Shown here in pieces: positions 24,480 through 36,399 of a stretch of 64,000 nt of DNA. The position numbers were made by a program, and so were the translations under genes. This DNA is from Lama guanicoe (taxonomy: Eukaryota). The DNA lies in assembly GCA_013239625.1 (NCBI GenBank), contig MU053472.1, positions 620,001 through 684,000 on the forward strand, in the 5' to 3' direction. Numbering within the stretch: the stretch's first letter is position 1; the number at the start of each line of letters is the position of its first letter. The notes under the pieces were generated by a model. That model was not told where the DNA came from, ran no database searches, and saw only the letters and a list, made by a program, of their open reading frames with translations.

Positions 24480-25680
24480 TTTGGGGGTTTTTTTAGGTTT
24501 TGCTTATTGTTTAAACTTCAACTTCATATAATTTTACAGGAAAAGTTATACAAATAGTACAAGGAACTTCTGATGCCCTTTTCTCAGATCCACCTCCTCC
24601 TGACGCCATGTTCCACGGGCTTTACTGTCTCCATGTGCTCCCTGCTCACTCCACACACGTTTTCTTTGAACTGTCCGAGTGTAATCCGTAGACTTCACCC
24701 TCCTTTATCCATGAATACTCAGTGCATGTTTCTCTTACATAAGCACAGTACATTTATTAAAATCAGGAACTATAACATTGATACAATACTACTGTCTAAT
24801 CCATGATTCATATTAAAGTTTTACCAGTTGTCCCAATAATGTCCTTTATAGCTTTTTCTTTGGCGGGGGGCAGGGTTTCAGATCTGAGATCTAGCCTCAG
24901 ACCACATGTTGTCAGGTAGTTTTAATCTCCTCTAATCTGGAATAATTCTTTGGCCTTTCTTCGTCTTTCATGATCTTGACGTTTTTTGAAGAGTACAGGC
25001 CACTTTCGGTAGCATGTTTCTCAGTTTGGGTTTGTGTTCTGTTTCCCCGTGGTTAGATTCAGATTACGCATTTTTGGCAGGAATAAGGCAGGCGTGATGT
25101 TACAGCCTTGTCAGGACATCATGTCGGGGACACATGGTGTCAGCCTGGCCTGTTCTTGGTGCTGGTTAACTCTGATTACGTTTTAAGGTCTTGTTCACTA
25201 GGTTAATCAAGCTGCTGTCTTCCCCCTTTGTACCCAGGAAGTGATGTGCATGGGACCATGTGACTGTCCTGTTCCTTATCAAACTTTCACTCACTAGTTT
25301 TATTGATAACTCTTGGCAGATCAGTCACTGTGATGGCTGTGTAATGGTGGCTTTCTAATTCCATCTTTCCTTCTGTGTCTATTAGCTGTTAGTCTGGGGG
25401 GTAGGAGCGCTCGCCCTTCTCCCTCGTTTAATCATTTATGTCAGGATGGACTCACAGGTTCCTATTTCACTCTATAAATATTCTATCTGGTACTCAAATT
25501 GTCCCAGATTTAGCCAGTTGGAACACCTTCAGACTGGCTCCTGTGTCCTTACAACGTGTCCCAATCATTTTTTGAGTGTTTCCTTGCTTTTTGTGACAAA
25601 ATGTTCCGGTTCATCTTAGCTCTTTGCTGCCTCAGCCCTGGAATCAACCGTTTCTCCAAGGAGTCTTGTTTCTTTTTACT
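24480..25680 (-). mobile_element. Old L1 3'-region fragment (L1MC/L1ME-like)
   Basis: TTACAGGAAAAGTTATACAAATAGTACAAGGAACTT...AACATTGATACAATACTA...GCCCTGGAATCAACCGTTTCTCCAAGGAG are typical old L1 3'UTR blocks. Confidence 0.75.
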
Positions 25681-27198
25681 GGAGGAGGAAAAATGTTTGC
25701 TTCCCTCTCAGGGGTGTTTTACCCGAGACAGTCTCATGTCAGAAGAAACCAGCCAGCCCTCCTCCCAGGAACTCTCTGGGCAGATCCAGCTGGAGTGGGG
25801 GGCCTCCCTCTCGTCCCACAGTGGGGCCCGCAGTCGTCATGCTGTTCCCCTGGTTTGGAAGGAAGGCTGCTGAGGTGTCAGGGGCGCCCAGTGGTAGGTC
25901 AGTGATGGCCCTCTACAAGAGAGCCCAAAAAAGATAGCCTTCCCCAGTCTTCATCACAATTTTAAAGTAGTGATGGGTTTAAAAAAAAACAAAAAGTGGA
26001 GTTGGGTCCAAAACCCTCATAAAAATGAAACTAGGTACTGGAGTTACATCCCTGCTCTATGAACATGTGTTTATGTGTAATACTTACGGCTCACTCCGCA
26101 GCCCAAGGCTGTTTGTGGCGTGTGATTCATGGACGCATAAAAAGCACGGCCCGTTCCCGACAGACGGGCCTGAAACAGACCTTCCTCTTCTGCATCCCGT
26201 CACCTGTGGGCGTGTATTTATTTGTCATCCTTGGTGACAGAGCACCTCAGCTTGTCCCCAACACCAGGGGCTGTCACCTACTGCTCCTTCAGCTCAGCTT
26301 ACTCCTTCCTGAATTTTCGGTGTCGATTGCAGGTGCTATTCTGGGAGTAATTAGGAAGAAAAGCTCGGTGTGGCAGCGCCTCTGCGGGGACTCTGTTGAC
26401 TGGGGGTCAGGCAGGGGCTCCTTGTTATAATGCGCTCCGGAGTCTTCTATCTGTTGAGTGAGGGGACCACGTGCTTGTAAGCTTGGTGGTCCAGATGGGG
26501 TTTGTGGACTGCCTTTCTTTTTCCCTCCTCCTCTTCTTTTAGCCCAGGAACTAGGATGTCTTTGTCGCTGTGGTCAGGGCTTGGCTCTGGCATTAGCAGC
26601 GCAGGCAGGAGGCTAGGCGGCTGGTTAACCCGCCGAGCTGGCGTGAGCCACGTGCTTCTGGCTCTAATCGGGTTGGATTCTACTGACATCCAGTTAGGAG
26701 TATTCCAGCCTGAGATCAAAGCCGTGAAGTAAAGCCGCTTGCAACTTGAGGAGTCTCTGGGTCCTTACCAAGTTGGGCAGGTGGCTAGTGTGGACGCAGG
26801 GAAAGAAGGGCTGCTGGTCGTGTTCAGAGGCATAGAGGATGCTCCCTCAGCGTGTCCCACACTTGGAGTAGTGCAGCTGCTCTAGTGCTGGCCAGCAGGG
26901 CGTGGCCTGGGGTCCTCCATGGGGACGAGGGGTCTGCTGTTGGTCAGTGAGATGATGAGAGGCCCGGGCCTCCAGGCGGTGGTTTGCACCTGCTCGGGAA
27001 GCAGCCTGGGAAGAGGGCCCCCCTTGGTTACTTTCAGAGTTGTCACCTCCAGGGAAAGGAGGACATGTGGACAAGGTAAGGACAGGTCTAGCATCCGGCA
27101 GGGTCCAGTTACTTAGCTGAGAGGTGGTGAAGGCATCAGAGAGCCAGGCCACAGAGATCCCTGGCCTCCCCCGAACATGGTGGTTTCTTTCATTGCAG

Positions 27199-27353
27199 GC
27201 ACCCCAGAGCTGAGCGCGGCCGAGCGGAAGGAGCTGGAGAGCAAGCTGAAGGAGCGGGAGGAATTCCTCATTCCCATTTACCACCAGGTAGCCGTGCAGT
27301 TCGCTGACTTGCACGACACACCAGGCCGGCTGCAGGAGAAGGGTGTCATTAAC
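27199..27353 (+). CDS. ACACA: ACC1 coding exon (4th from last)
   Basis: CAG acceptor, GTAAGT donor. [51 protein letters not shown], 155 nt. Confidence 0.97.
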
Positions 27354-28021
27354 GTAAGTACAGGGGTTGCCACTGCTCCTGACTTGTCAGAGACCCGCGA
27401 CCGGCGTGTGTCTGCCTTGTGCACATGGGCACACACGCAGCGAGCGGTTACGGCTGCATTAAAACAGCATGTGTGGATCAGATCATGTTCAAGTCTTTTG
27501 GAGAGACTTTCCTGTTTTTCTGTATCCATTATCATCCTAGAACAGTTTATGATTTCGGTAGCAGGGACTCCCTGGGAGGCAAGCTCCATTTTATTGGTGG
27601 GAAACCGAGTCCCCTGGGCTCCACTGGGGACAGCTGCCCAGGTGGTCCTCAGGGTGTGGATTATTTCAATGTCAAGGTTCCAGCAGCAGCCAGTTCACAT
27701 TTGATCTGCGTGCAAGTTGTCTGAGCCATCCGCCCAAAACCAATCCCTCACTTTCTGGTTATCTGAGAATTCACAGCCCCGACCCCAGATCACCTCGGCC
27801 GTGTGTGGGCCTAGCATTAGGCCCGTCCCTGTGCAGTGCTGCGGCCTGCAGGGCGTGGGGGCTGCAGCTCTGAACTGGGGAGACCCCTGCAGGTGCTGGG
27901 AGCTCGTGACCAGCTCTTGCATCTCCGAGGGGCTCACTGGAGTGGGGTTTTGTGCCCGTGGAGTTTGCTCTGGACTAGGTGCTGGGCCGGGGCGACAAAG
28001 CTGATTCTTTTCTGTGTGTAG

Positions 28022-28192
28022 GACATCCTGGATTGGAAAACCTCCCGTACCTTCTTCTACTGGCGGCTGAGGCGTCTCTTGCTGGAGGACCTGGTCAAGA
28101 AGAAAATCCACAATGCCAACCCCGAGCTGACCGATGGCCAGATCCAGGCCATGCTGAGGCGCTGGTTCGTGGAGGTGGAAGGGACAGTGAAG
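28022..28192 (+). CDS. ACACA: ACC1 coding exon (3rd from last)
   Basis: TAG acceptor, GTAGGT donor. [57 protein letters not shown], 171 nt. Confidence 0.97.
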
Positions 28193-28384
28193 GTAGGTGG
28201 GCGCCGGAGGAGCCTTTGTGCTCTGCTCCTCACCCCCACCCCCACCCCAGCCTGCAAGGCTTGATGTCTTAAGAATCCCGGGGCCCCGGGAGGGGAGGGA
28301 AGCATGTGGGCCTGACCTGTGTCCCCTGCCAGCAGTAAGATGTCATGAGGGCTCGTCAGACGAGGTGGTAGGGTGCTTTTTGCA

Positions 28385-29010
28385 GCTCAGTCACCCAGCA
28401 AACCGTTTTGAATACTTACTTTATGCCAGTCACTGCCCAGGCCTGGGTGATGTGGCCTTGAGAGGGGCAGGAGTTGCTCCTGTCCCCTCAGAGCTCACCC
28501 TCAAGGGGGAGACATTTGTCAAGAGGTCACGTGCAACGAGGCCGATGTCAGACACAGCAAACCCAGGACGTCGCAGAGCACAGAGCAGGGGCGCCTGAGC
28601 CACTCTGTGGGGAGGGAGAGCAGAGTCTGGGAAGACTTCTAGAAGTAACGTCTCAAAGACTTGAGAACAAAGCAGGGGTGAACCAGAGGGAAAGGTTAGA
28701 TTGGGAGACAGGAGGAATGTTCCAGGCAGAAGGAACAGCTCGTTCCGAGGCCTGATAGCAAGATCACCGTGCACCCGAGGCAGCGCCGGCCCTCCAGGAT
28801 GGCCAGGAGGGCGGGGCCTTGGAAGCCTGCGGAGGGGTTCGGACTTGGTCTGCCCTCTTTGTCTGTGGGAAGCCACTGAGAACTTGAAGCAGCAGAGAGC
28901 CGTGCTGTGACTTGTGTTGTAGGAAGATTGCTCTAGGGCCATGTGGAGGGGGAGCTGAGGGCAGGAGCGAAAGGCCTCCCAGGAGGTGGCAGTGATCCAG
29001 CTGCAGGTGC
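28385..29010 (-). mobile_element. L2 fragment
   Basis: CCTGTCCCCTCAGAGCTCAC...TTCCAGGCAGAAGGAACAGC...GGGAAGCCACTGAGAACTTGAAGCAG...AAGATTGCTCTAG are reverse L2 blocks. Confidence 0.7.
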
Positions 29011-30964
29011 CCTGACTTCAAATCCCAGCTGGAAGCAGACATCCCCCCACCCCGCAGGGAATTACGAATTCGGCATCTCCTCAGGGTAGTCTCGTGCCCA
29101 TGTGCCCCAGGGCCGGGGATGGAGGGCTCTGAGGCCAGGACAGCGAGGCACCAACATTTGCTTCTGCACAAGACAGTCTGCGGCAGGATGGGAAGAAAAA
29201 GTTGGAACTTTTATTTCTATTTATTTTACTAAGAAAAAGAAAGAAAGCAACCTTTATTAGTAGTTAGCATCTGGATTAAAAGTAAGTCATACACCTCATA
29301 GATACGTTTCATCAGAATATCGGTAGTATGTGCTGGAAATATACTTGTCTCGTTCCCTGTGAGCTGTGTGATCAAAAACATCTGGTGACTGCTGGGCCAG
29401 AGAATTGATGGAGGCTGGACGGGGGTGCTCCAGCCTCCCCAGGGAAGCACTGTCTGAAGGCTCTGCTGACTGTTCGCAAGAAGGAACTCCCAGGTTTGCC
29501 GTCAGTTTTAAAGTCAGTGAGTCGGATGCTTCTAAGATTCACCTGTTTTAAACCTACCCATTTCTTTATGACCGGAGAGCTGCTTTGGATAAATATTTCA
29601 GATGTGCAGCGAGGGAGCACAGCCTTCTGCAACATCTGGTTCAGGTTAAGGTCAGTCTGTGGCATCATAATTGAGTGGGACAATTTTGTCAGTGGCCACT
29701 GGCAGCTTCTAGTGGAAGTTGGCATTGAAAGTCACACAAGTGTAAAATAAGAGGTTGTTCTCCAGTTAGGAGCGGCCGGCTAGGTAAATGGAGTGTGCGC
29801 GTGTGGCCAGGAGAGGCCCGCGCCGCCCTCCTTGCACATTAGTCACTAATGGACGTGCGCAGCCTCAGTGGGCACGGGGATGAGGAGGGAGCCAGTGCAT
29901 ACAGCTCTTCGGTCGCTCCTTCGCGTCCTGCCCCCTGGGGACAGTGTCTGGAGAGACAGTGTGTCATCGCCATCTCTTAGCCACAGAGAGAGCAGTTGTC
30001 TGTGTGCACAGACTCCGGGCCAGAAATCCAGTGCAGGAGACAGCCCGGCCCCACAGCTCAGGAGAAGAGGCCTGAGGACCCAGGTGTGTCCAAGAACTGA
30101 GCTGTCTCCCCTGCCGCCGTCCACAGGAGGGAGCGTTCCCGAGAGCTCAGTCCAGGAGCACAGGAGAAAGGGAAGGGCAGGTTATCCCACAATGCGGAAA
30201 CCTTCCAGATTCTGTGGGCTCAGCAGAACCCAGTTTTCCTGTGGGCGGGTGATGAAATCTGCGGCGCCCTTGAAAGAAGAAAGCGTGGGAGTGTTCGAAA
30301 GCCGTGTGCTGCCTCTGAGGGGCCGGCGTGGGGGTCTGCTCGGTGTTGGGAAGGGCTGAAAACCTCAAAACCGTCAGCTTTTCTCAGTTCTTCAAACAGG
30401 GATGGATACTGTGCGCTGTGTCTCTCCAGGGCAAAGACTGCTTGGTCTAGACCCCAGCTTTGCCCCAAGAAGTGGCCCTCTGATCCTTCCTGTGGTTACT
30501 GGCAGGGCAAGGCCCTTCATGATGGGCATCTATTAGCCGTGCTGTGTGTGTGTGTGTGTTTTCATAGAGAATTTCTTAAAACTCTTAATCTTGAAAAAGA
30601 TTCTGGAACAGAAGATTTGAAGACAGTGTGATGTTACGTAACTGAGCAGTGTGATTCTCTTGTGTCCCGTAGATGAATTTGTTACCGTGAGTTATGGGAT
30701 TCTGTTGGAATCCACAGGGACAGTCCTGTTGTGGGAACGAGTAGGTTTCATGGTTTCCCTGCAGGCAGGAGAGGGCATCCTCACTGCTCCCCAAGAAAGT
30801 AGCGAGAGCGGAGAGTTGCACTGGGTTGTAAGGACGAGGCACACATCTGTTTCATGGCCACATTTCCTTTCTCGATTCCCAGATCCAGAGCTTTAGGTGT
30901 GTGGTTTTCCAGTCTGATTTTTACCCCCCAGGTCCCAGTGGTAGAAATTGAGATGAGAACTGTG

Positions 30965-31175
30965 TGTGGAGCATGGAGAAGAATGTGGTCTTTGGAATCG
31001 CACACTTTTTGGATCCCAGCGTTGCCATTTACTGGCTTGGACATACTTAAGCCTCCCATTCCTCGTGTGTAAAATAGGGATGATGTTTATTTCACAAGGC
31101 TCAGTGCGTTTTAAATGACATAGTGAGTGTTGAGCATCACGTCTGGCACTGAGCTGACACTTGAAATACGCCAGC
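30965..31175 (+). mobile_element. MIR SINE
   Basis: GGTCTTTGGAATCGCACAC...GCCATTTACTGGCTTGGAC...TGTAAAATAGGGATGATG. Confidence 0.7.
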
Positions 31176-32387
31176 TTCCTCCTCCTCCTCCCTCAGCACA
31201 GTGTGTTAGAAGGTGGCCTGAGAGTTAAGAGCGTAACTGAGAGTGGTCTTGGTGGGAGCCACGTGCCCGGTGGCTTCTCAGTCAGTGTTCTTCGATTTGG
31301 CGTGCTCTGTTTGTCCACAGTCTAGGATGCCACAATACCTTCTGGCTGTCCAGGTAGCTCCCTGTTCGCCCTTACTCTGGACTTCCAAATGAGATGAGTG
31401 GTCATTGGAGGCCCCGGTGAGGATGGGAGAGAAAGAAGCACAACTGATAGGGTCGTTTGATTTCCACTGTCCCCAAGCTGCCCACGGACAAGTCTCATGC
31501 ACCAGATGTTTGATGTGGGGCCAAGGAGGGAGGAGGTGAGGCAGAACCTGGGAAGAATTGCTTGGCCCTGTGGGGGCCGGGGGCTGAGGCTGGAGTGGCT
31601 CTCAGGAGATGGGGTCCAGCCCCACGGCTCCTTGCTGTTGTACCCCAGAGCCTCAGAGGCAATCACTCTGCTGAGGCGTCTCCAGGCAGCTCATGAGGTG
31701 AGTTATCTACAGGGCATGGTAATCAGGGCTCACATCCATCAGACTGTGCCCTGGTCACACACCCAGGTCCTGCTGTACCACTGAGCAAGGAGGGCTAACA
31801 GCAATCCAATATGTTAGAAATGAAACTTTCCAAACGGGTCATTTAGATTTTGTAAGATAGACTAATTACTACATACAATTAGTGAGCTGAGTAGTGCCAG
31901 AGATACTTACCCACAGATGCAGAGAGGGATAAAGTGTCTGCTGAACATTTATTGTAAGGCCATTGTTGTGAGGTTTAATCATTGATATTTTGTTGGTATT
32001 AAAATGTTCTGATTGAGATGAGAGCAGACAGGTGACATGTGGGCCCAGGCCTGTCGTGAAGTTAGCAGCCAGCCTTTCACACGTGCCACAGATCCACAGT
32101 GGGACGAATCAGCCACAGGTTGATCATTTTACGGAGGGAAGTAACAGCATAGGGTTGGCCCGTCCTTCTGGATGGCTGGAGCGATGAGTCTGCAGCTGTG
32201 TTCCCAGAGGGCAGACGAGGAACTGTGGACCCCCGAGCCCCAGACCCTCCCAGGTCTGTTCCAGAAGCCTGGGCTCTGCGGGTGCCAGCATTTGCTCACT
32301 CTTGCTAAAAGCGATGTTGACAAGGGCTGAGACCCCTTTGCCTTCACGTGCTCTGTGCTGTGATCCAAGCCTGCTGGGAGCTGTACC

Positions 32388-32476
32388 CACAGCTCAGCGG
32401 CAGAGCTCCTGCTTAGTTATGCACGAGGTCCTGGGCTCAGTCTCCAGCACCTCCATTTAACACCTAAAAAGAGAAA
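32388..32476 (+). mobile_element. tRNA-Ala-derived SINE, degenerate
   Basis: AGCTCAGCGGCAGAGC...GCTTAG...GCACGAGGTCCTGGGCTCAGTCTCCAGCACCTCCA followed by an A-rich tail. Confidence 0.75.
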
Positions 32477-34634
32477 CTTGATCAGCGTTTGACTTGGTGG
32501 TTGTCATCTGGTTGTATTTCGAGTGCAAATCTTTCATATGAGGGACCTGTATTTTCAAAAACTTGGAATGTGTTGCTTTAATTCTGTCTGGAAACGTTTT
32601 TAATGTTTAAACACCTAGCATATTCTGCGGCTGCAGGAGGGGAAGGCAGAAGAGTTTTCTCTGGAGGGTAGCTGGCTTTCCAGTGCGGTGTCTGAGCCTC
32701 GTTAGAAGCAGGCATCTCGTGAGCTAATACATTACACCAATCAGGAGAGTTATCTTAAGCCACAATTAATCTGCTCCCTGGCATATGTTGATAGGAAAGC
32801 ATCATGCTGTTTCTTAATTAAAAGCAAACGGATTAAAAATGATTAATAAGAGTATTAAATATTCTCCTAAACTAAAGGCTTTGGGATTCTTGGGTAAATC
32901 TAGGGTTTTTTCTATTCTGAAACCCAGGAAGCATGCATTGTTTTATTTTTTTCCTCCCACCAAGTCCTCATAAGTCAGGGCAGGTAGGGAAGTCTAAATC
33001 ACCAGTGTTGGAGATGGAAATATTGGTGTTCAGGTACAGTGGTTAGGGGTCCACGCGTCCCTCCATGTGGGGGGTGCAGGAGCCAGCGCGCGGGAGGTAA
33101 GAAACCACACTGCAGGCAAAGTGCCGCCACCACCCCGGGTCGGTGGAGACTGATGTGGTACCTCCTTTTTCTCAGAACAAAACGCTTCTCTGCCGTTCAG
33201 CCTCAGAGATGCTAACAGCCCTGCCCCAGGCACAGAGAGGTGGGCAGGCTCACTCAGGTCCGCACTTGGCCCCACCACCATGACTGGGATTGCTCAACTT
33301 TTTATTCGTGATCACAAACAGAGATGGGCAAATTTGGGACCAGAAAAGGAACTGGAGAAAAGGCGCATTGCTTATCCTTAATCCTGGGGCTTCTTAATCC
33401 TTCAACTGTGAAGGACTCCTTAAGAACTGTTAGAAATGGGGACGTCAGTTACATGACACGTAATGAGTCACCAGCCACAGCGAACTCGCCAGTCCGGTTA
33501 GAGATGGGAACGTGAGAGTCGGAAAGGAAACCATCATCCTTAAAGGCCGAAATAGGCCCTTAGGAGACGGCCCACCGCCCCTTGCAGGGTGTGGTGAGGA
33601 CCTTCCACCGCGCTTTGCAGGCCCTGGAGCCTGAGCCGAGCATCTAGGTTTCCTGAGCCACCTCCTGAGAGCTCCCCAACGCACCCACCTATTAAATTAC
33701 AGTGCCAACCTCATTGTCATTCTGACTTTGACTCAGTTAGTGATAACAGAGGAGGATAGCGCACCTTTAAATGACGAGCTTTGTGTTTAATTACCCAAAC
33801 AAAATGACATAAATATGAATGAGCCCTAATGGCGGTACTTGGTTTTCCGGAAACCATTAACAAAACGATTCCTAAATGATTTGTAAAGAAAATGAGAGGA
33901 GAAGAGAGCCAGGAGAAGGCTATTAGGTTTCTAACACACTCCGGAATTATCATGGAGTCAACTACCTGGGAAATGCTCAGCTAAATGATCTTGAAAAAAG
34001 GAGGTGAGAGGTGGTTTGTTGAGACTCTCGCAGTGATGGATGGCTTGACCCTTTTGAAAACTAACAGAAAGCGAACTGGGGTCTAGGTTTCTGACCTGGT
34101 GGCTCTCCCCTGGCTCCAGGACTTCCCTCAACTCCGTGCCCCTCTGGCCTCGTCAGAAGGCCTCAGGCTCTGCAGCAGGAGACCGCCCCGACCAGGCTGC
34201 TCGTCCGCTGCGCCTGCTGGGACTGGTGACTCCCATTTAGATATCATGTCTCAGTTCCTCAAAGCAGCACACATTTCATTTTAGAAACACTAAGTAAACA
34301 GCCTTTCCCTCTCAAATCAGCACTTTCCTGAGCAATCGGTCAGCTGACTAAACCCCGCTAGCCTCTGTGGGCCAGGACCGGCGTCGGGGCGAGCACTGAT
34401 GCCCCAGGGCGGCCCGGGTGGATGCTTCGAGTGTGCGCCTTACTCAGAAGCAGGACAGGGAGGATGAGGACGGCTCCTGGCTCGAGGCCTGTCTCCTCTT
34501 CCTCCTTCAAAGCCAGCAGTAATGGAGACCCGCGAACCTTTTTACGCCGAGCAAAGCCTCTGTTTGCGACGAACTCTCCAGATGCTGACGAATTAGGGTG
34601 TCCGGGGTGTCTGACCCGCGCCATCTGTCTGCAG

Positions 34635-34771
34635 GCCTATGTCTGGGACAATAACAAGGATCTAGTGGAGTGGCTGGAGAAGCAGCTGATGGAGGAAGAC
34701 GGGGTTCGCTCAGTGATAGAGGAGAACATCAAGTACATCAGCAGGGACTACGTCCTCAAGCAGATCCGCAG
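34635..34771 (+). CDS. ACACA: ACC1 penultimate coding exon
   Basis: CAG acceptor, GTGAGA donor. [45 protein letters not shown], 137 nt. Confidence 0.97.
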
Positions 34772-35154
34772 GTGAGACCGCGGGGGCGGGGCGGGGCGCC
34801 GGGCTCCTCCGGGGAGGTGGGACCCGCTTCTCGAGGTGGGAGGCTTAAGAACACATGGTGAGATGACGATGCCTTCAGGTCTTTGGGGGTCGCCCTCCGT
34901 TTGAGATGCTGTGGTTGACCCACAGATAAGAACAGAGCCCTGAAGCACACGTCCCTCAGCGGCTGGTCCCCAGGGGGACTCAGTAACCTCAGCTCCATGG
35001 TGGCTTAGTTCACTGTGCCCAGCTGTCAGCGCCAAACATGCTGACTGCACCGTAGTTTCCTGGGAAACCACCTCCTCCTCTCCCCGAGCTGAGAATTAAC
35101 TGCGTTTAGCGTCTTCCGTCTTCTCCATAGGCCGGGTGGTGGATGCTGCTGGCA

Positions 35155-36130
35155 GCTTTTTTTTAAACTTTCTATTTGGAAACATTTCACTTACAGAAAA
35201 ACTGCAGAACTTAAAACGATACAGAGAACAAATCTGTACCCAGAGATGCCTGGGGTTTACATTTAACCCCATTTGCTGCGTCGTTTGTGTGTGTGCTCTT
35301 CCCTATCTATAGATTTTTTTCTGACCCACTTAAGGGGATGTTACACACGTCCCAGCCTGTCATGGCCCTTTACCCCCAAATACTTACGTGTACCTTTGCT
35401 TAATAGGGATATACTCTTACATAACCACAGTAAAACGGTTAATTTTTGCAAGCTGAACATTGATACCTTTTATCTAAATCACCATTTGTAGACCATGGTC
35501 TGTTGTCAGTTCGTATGACGTCTCCCCATGATGAGATTCAGGCGATGCATTCGCACGCAGACTAGTACGTTTGTGATGACATGACCTTCACAGGGTACCG
35601 CTGCCGGAGACACACGTCATCTGCCCCTCCTGATCACGCTGTTACTCACCTTCTCCACTGTGTGATTCCTGACTTTCCCCCTTGGCCCTAAAAAGTCTGT
35701 GGAGGCGCTTTGAGGCCATGCAGATTCCTGGTCCTCGTCAGAAGTTCCGCTCAGATTTAGCGTCCAGGGCTGAGTCTTGCCTGATCCAGTCTTGATGGTG
35801 CGGTTGCAGGATGACAACGTTCCAACTCCAGCACGACCTCCACAGTCACCTGTCTACTGCAAGCAGAAGCCCGCCCTCCTCCCCCGCTTATAGTTTATAC
35901 GTTGTTGGTGTAGACAGTGAATGTCTGTTTTTTCCAATGATTTGTAATTCATTATTTTGATGCCCAAATGTCCCAAATTTAGCCAGCGGGAGCACTGTCA
36001 TGCTGGCTCCACTGTCTTTGTGACGTGCTCCATCGGTTTTGGGTTTTGTTTTTCTGAGGTGCTTCCTCACTTTCTGATGCAGGAAAACGTTTCGGGTTCA
36101 TCTGGTACCTACCTTGCTGCTGGGGACGCT
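35155..36130 (-). mobile_element. Old L1 3'-region fragment (L1MC/L1ME-like)
   Basis: TTTCACTTACAGAAAAACTGCAG...CCCTTTACCCCCAAATACTT...CTCTTACATAACCACAGTA...AAATGTCCCAAATTTAGCCAG. Confidence 0.7.
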
Positions 36131-36275
36131 TTCGTGTAGGAAAACAAACCAGTGGGGCAGGGACCGAAGTGTCTGCAGGGGAGCCTGGGGGGGTTTCTGG
36201 GGCGGTTGTGAAGCTGCCCAGATCTGGGCACTGCTGCCTCTCCCCTGTCTTCACTGTCCCCAATCTTCCCTCCAG

Positions 36276-36399
36276 CTTGGTACAGGCCAATCCAGAGGTC
36301 GCCATGGATTCCATCGTCCACATGACCCAGCACATCTCACCCACTCAGCGAGCGGAAGTCGTACGGATCCTCTCCACGATGGACTCCCCTTCAACGTAG
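36276..36399 (+). CDS. ACACA: ACC1 terminal coding exon
   Basis: CAG acceptor. [40 protein letters not shown] then TAG. The MDSPST C-terminus is that of ACC1 rather than ACC2. Confidence 0.97.

Noticed and set aside
27177..27704. 175-aa ORF extending an ACACA exon
   Set aside because: ACC similarity stops exactly at the GTAAGT donor (27354). The rest is intron read-through.
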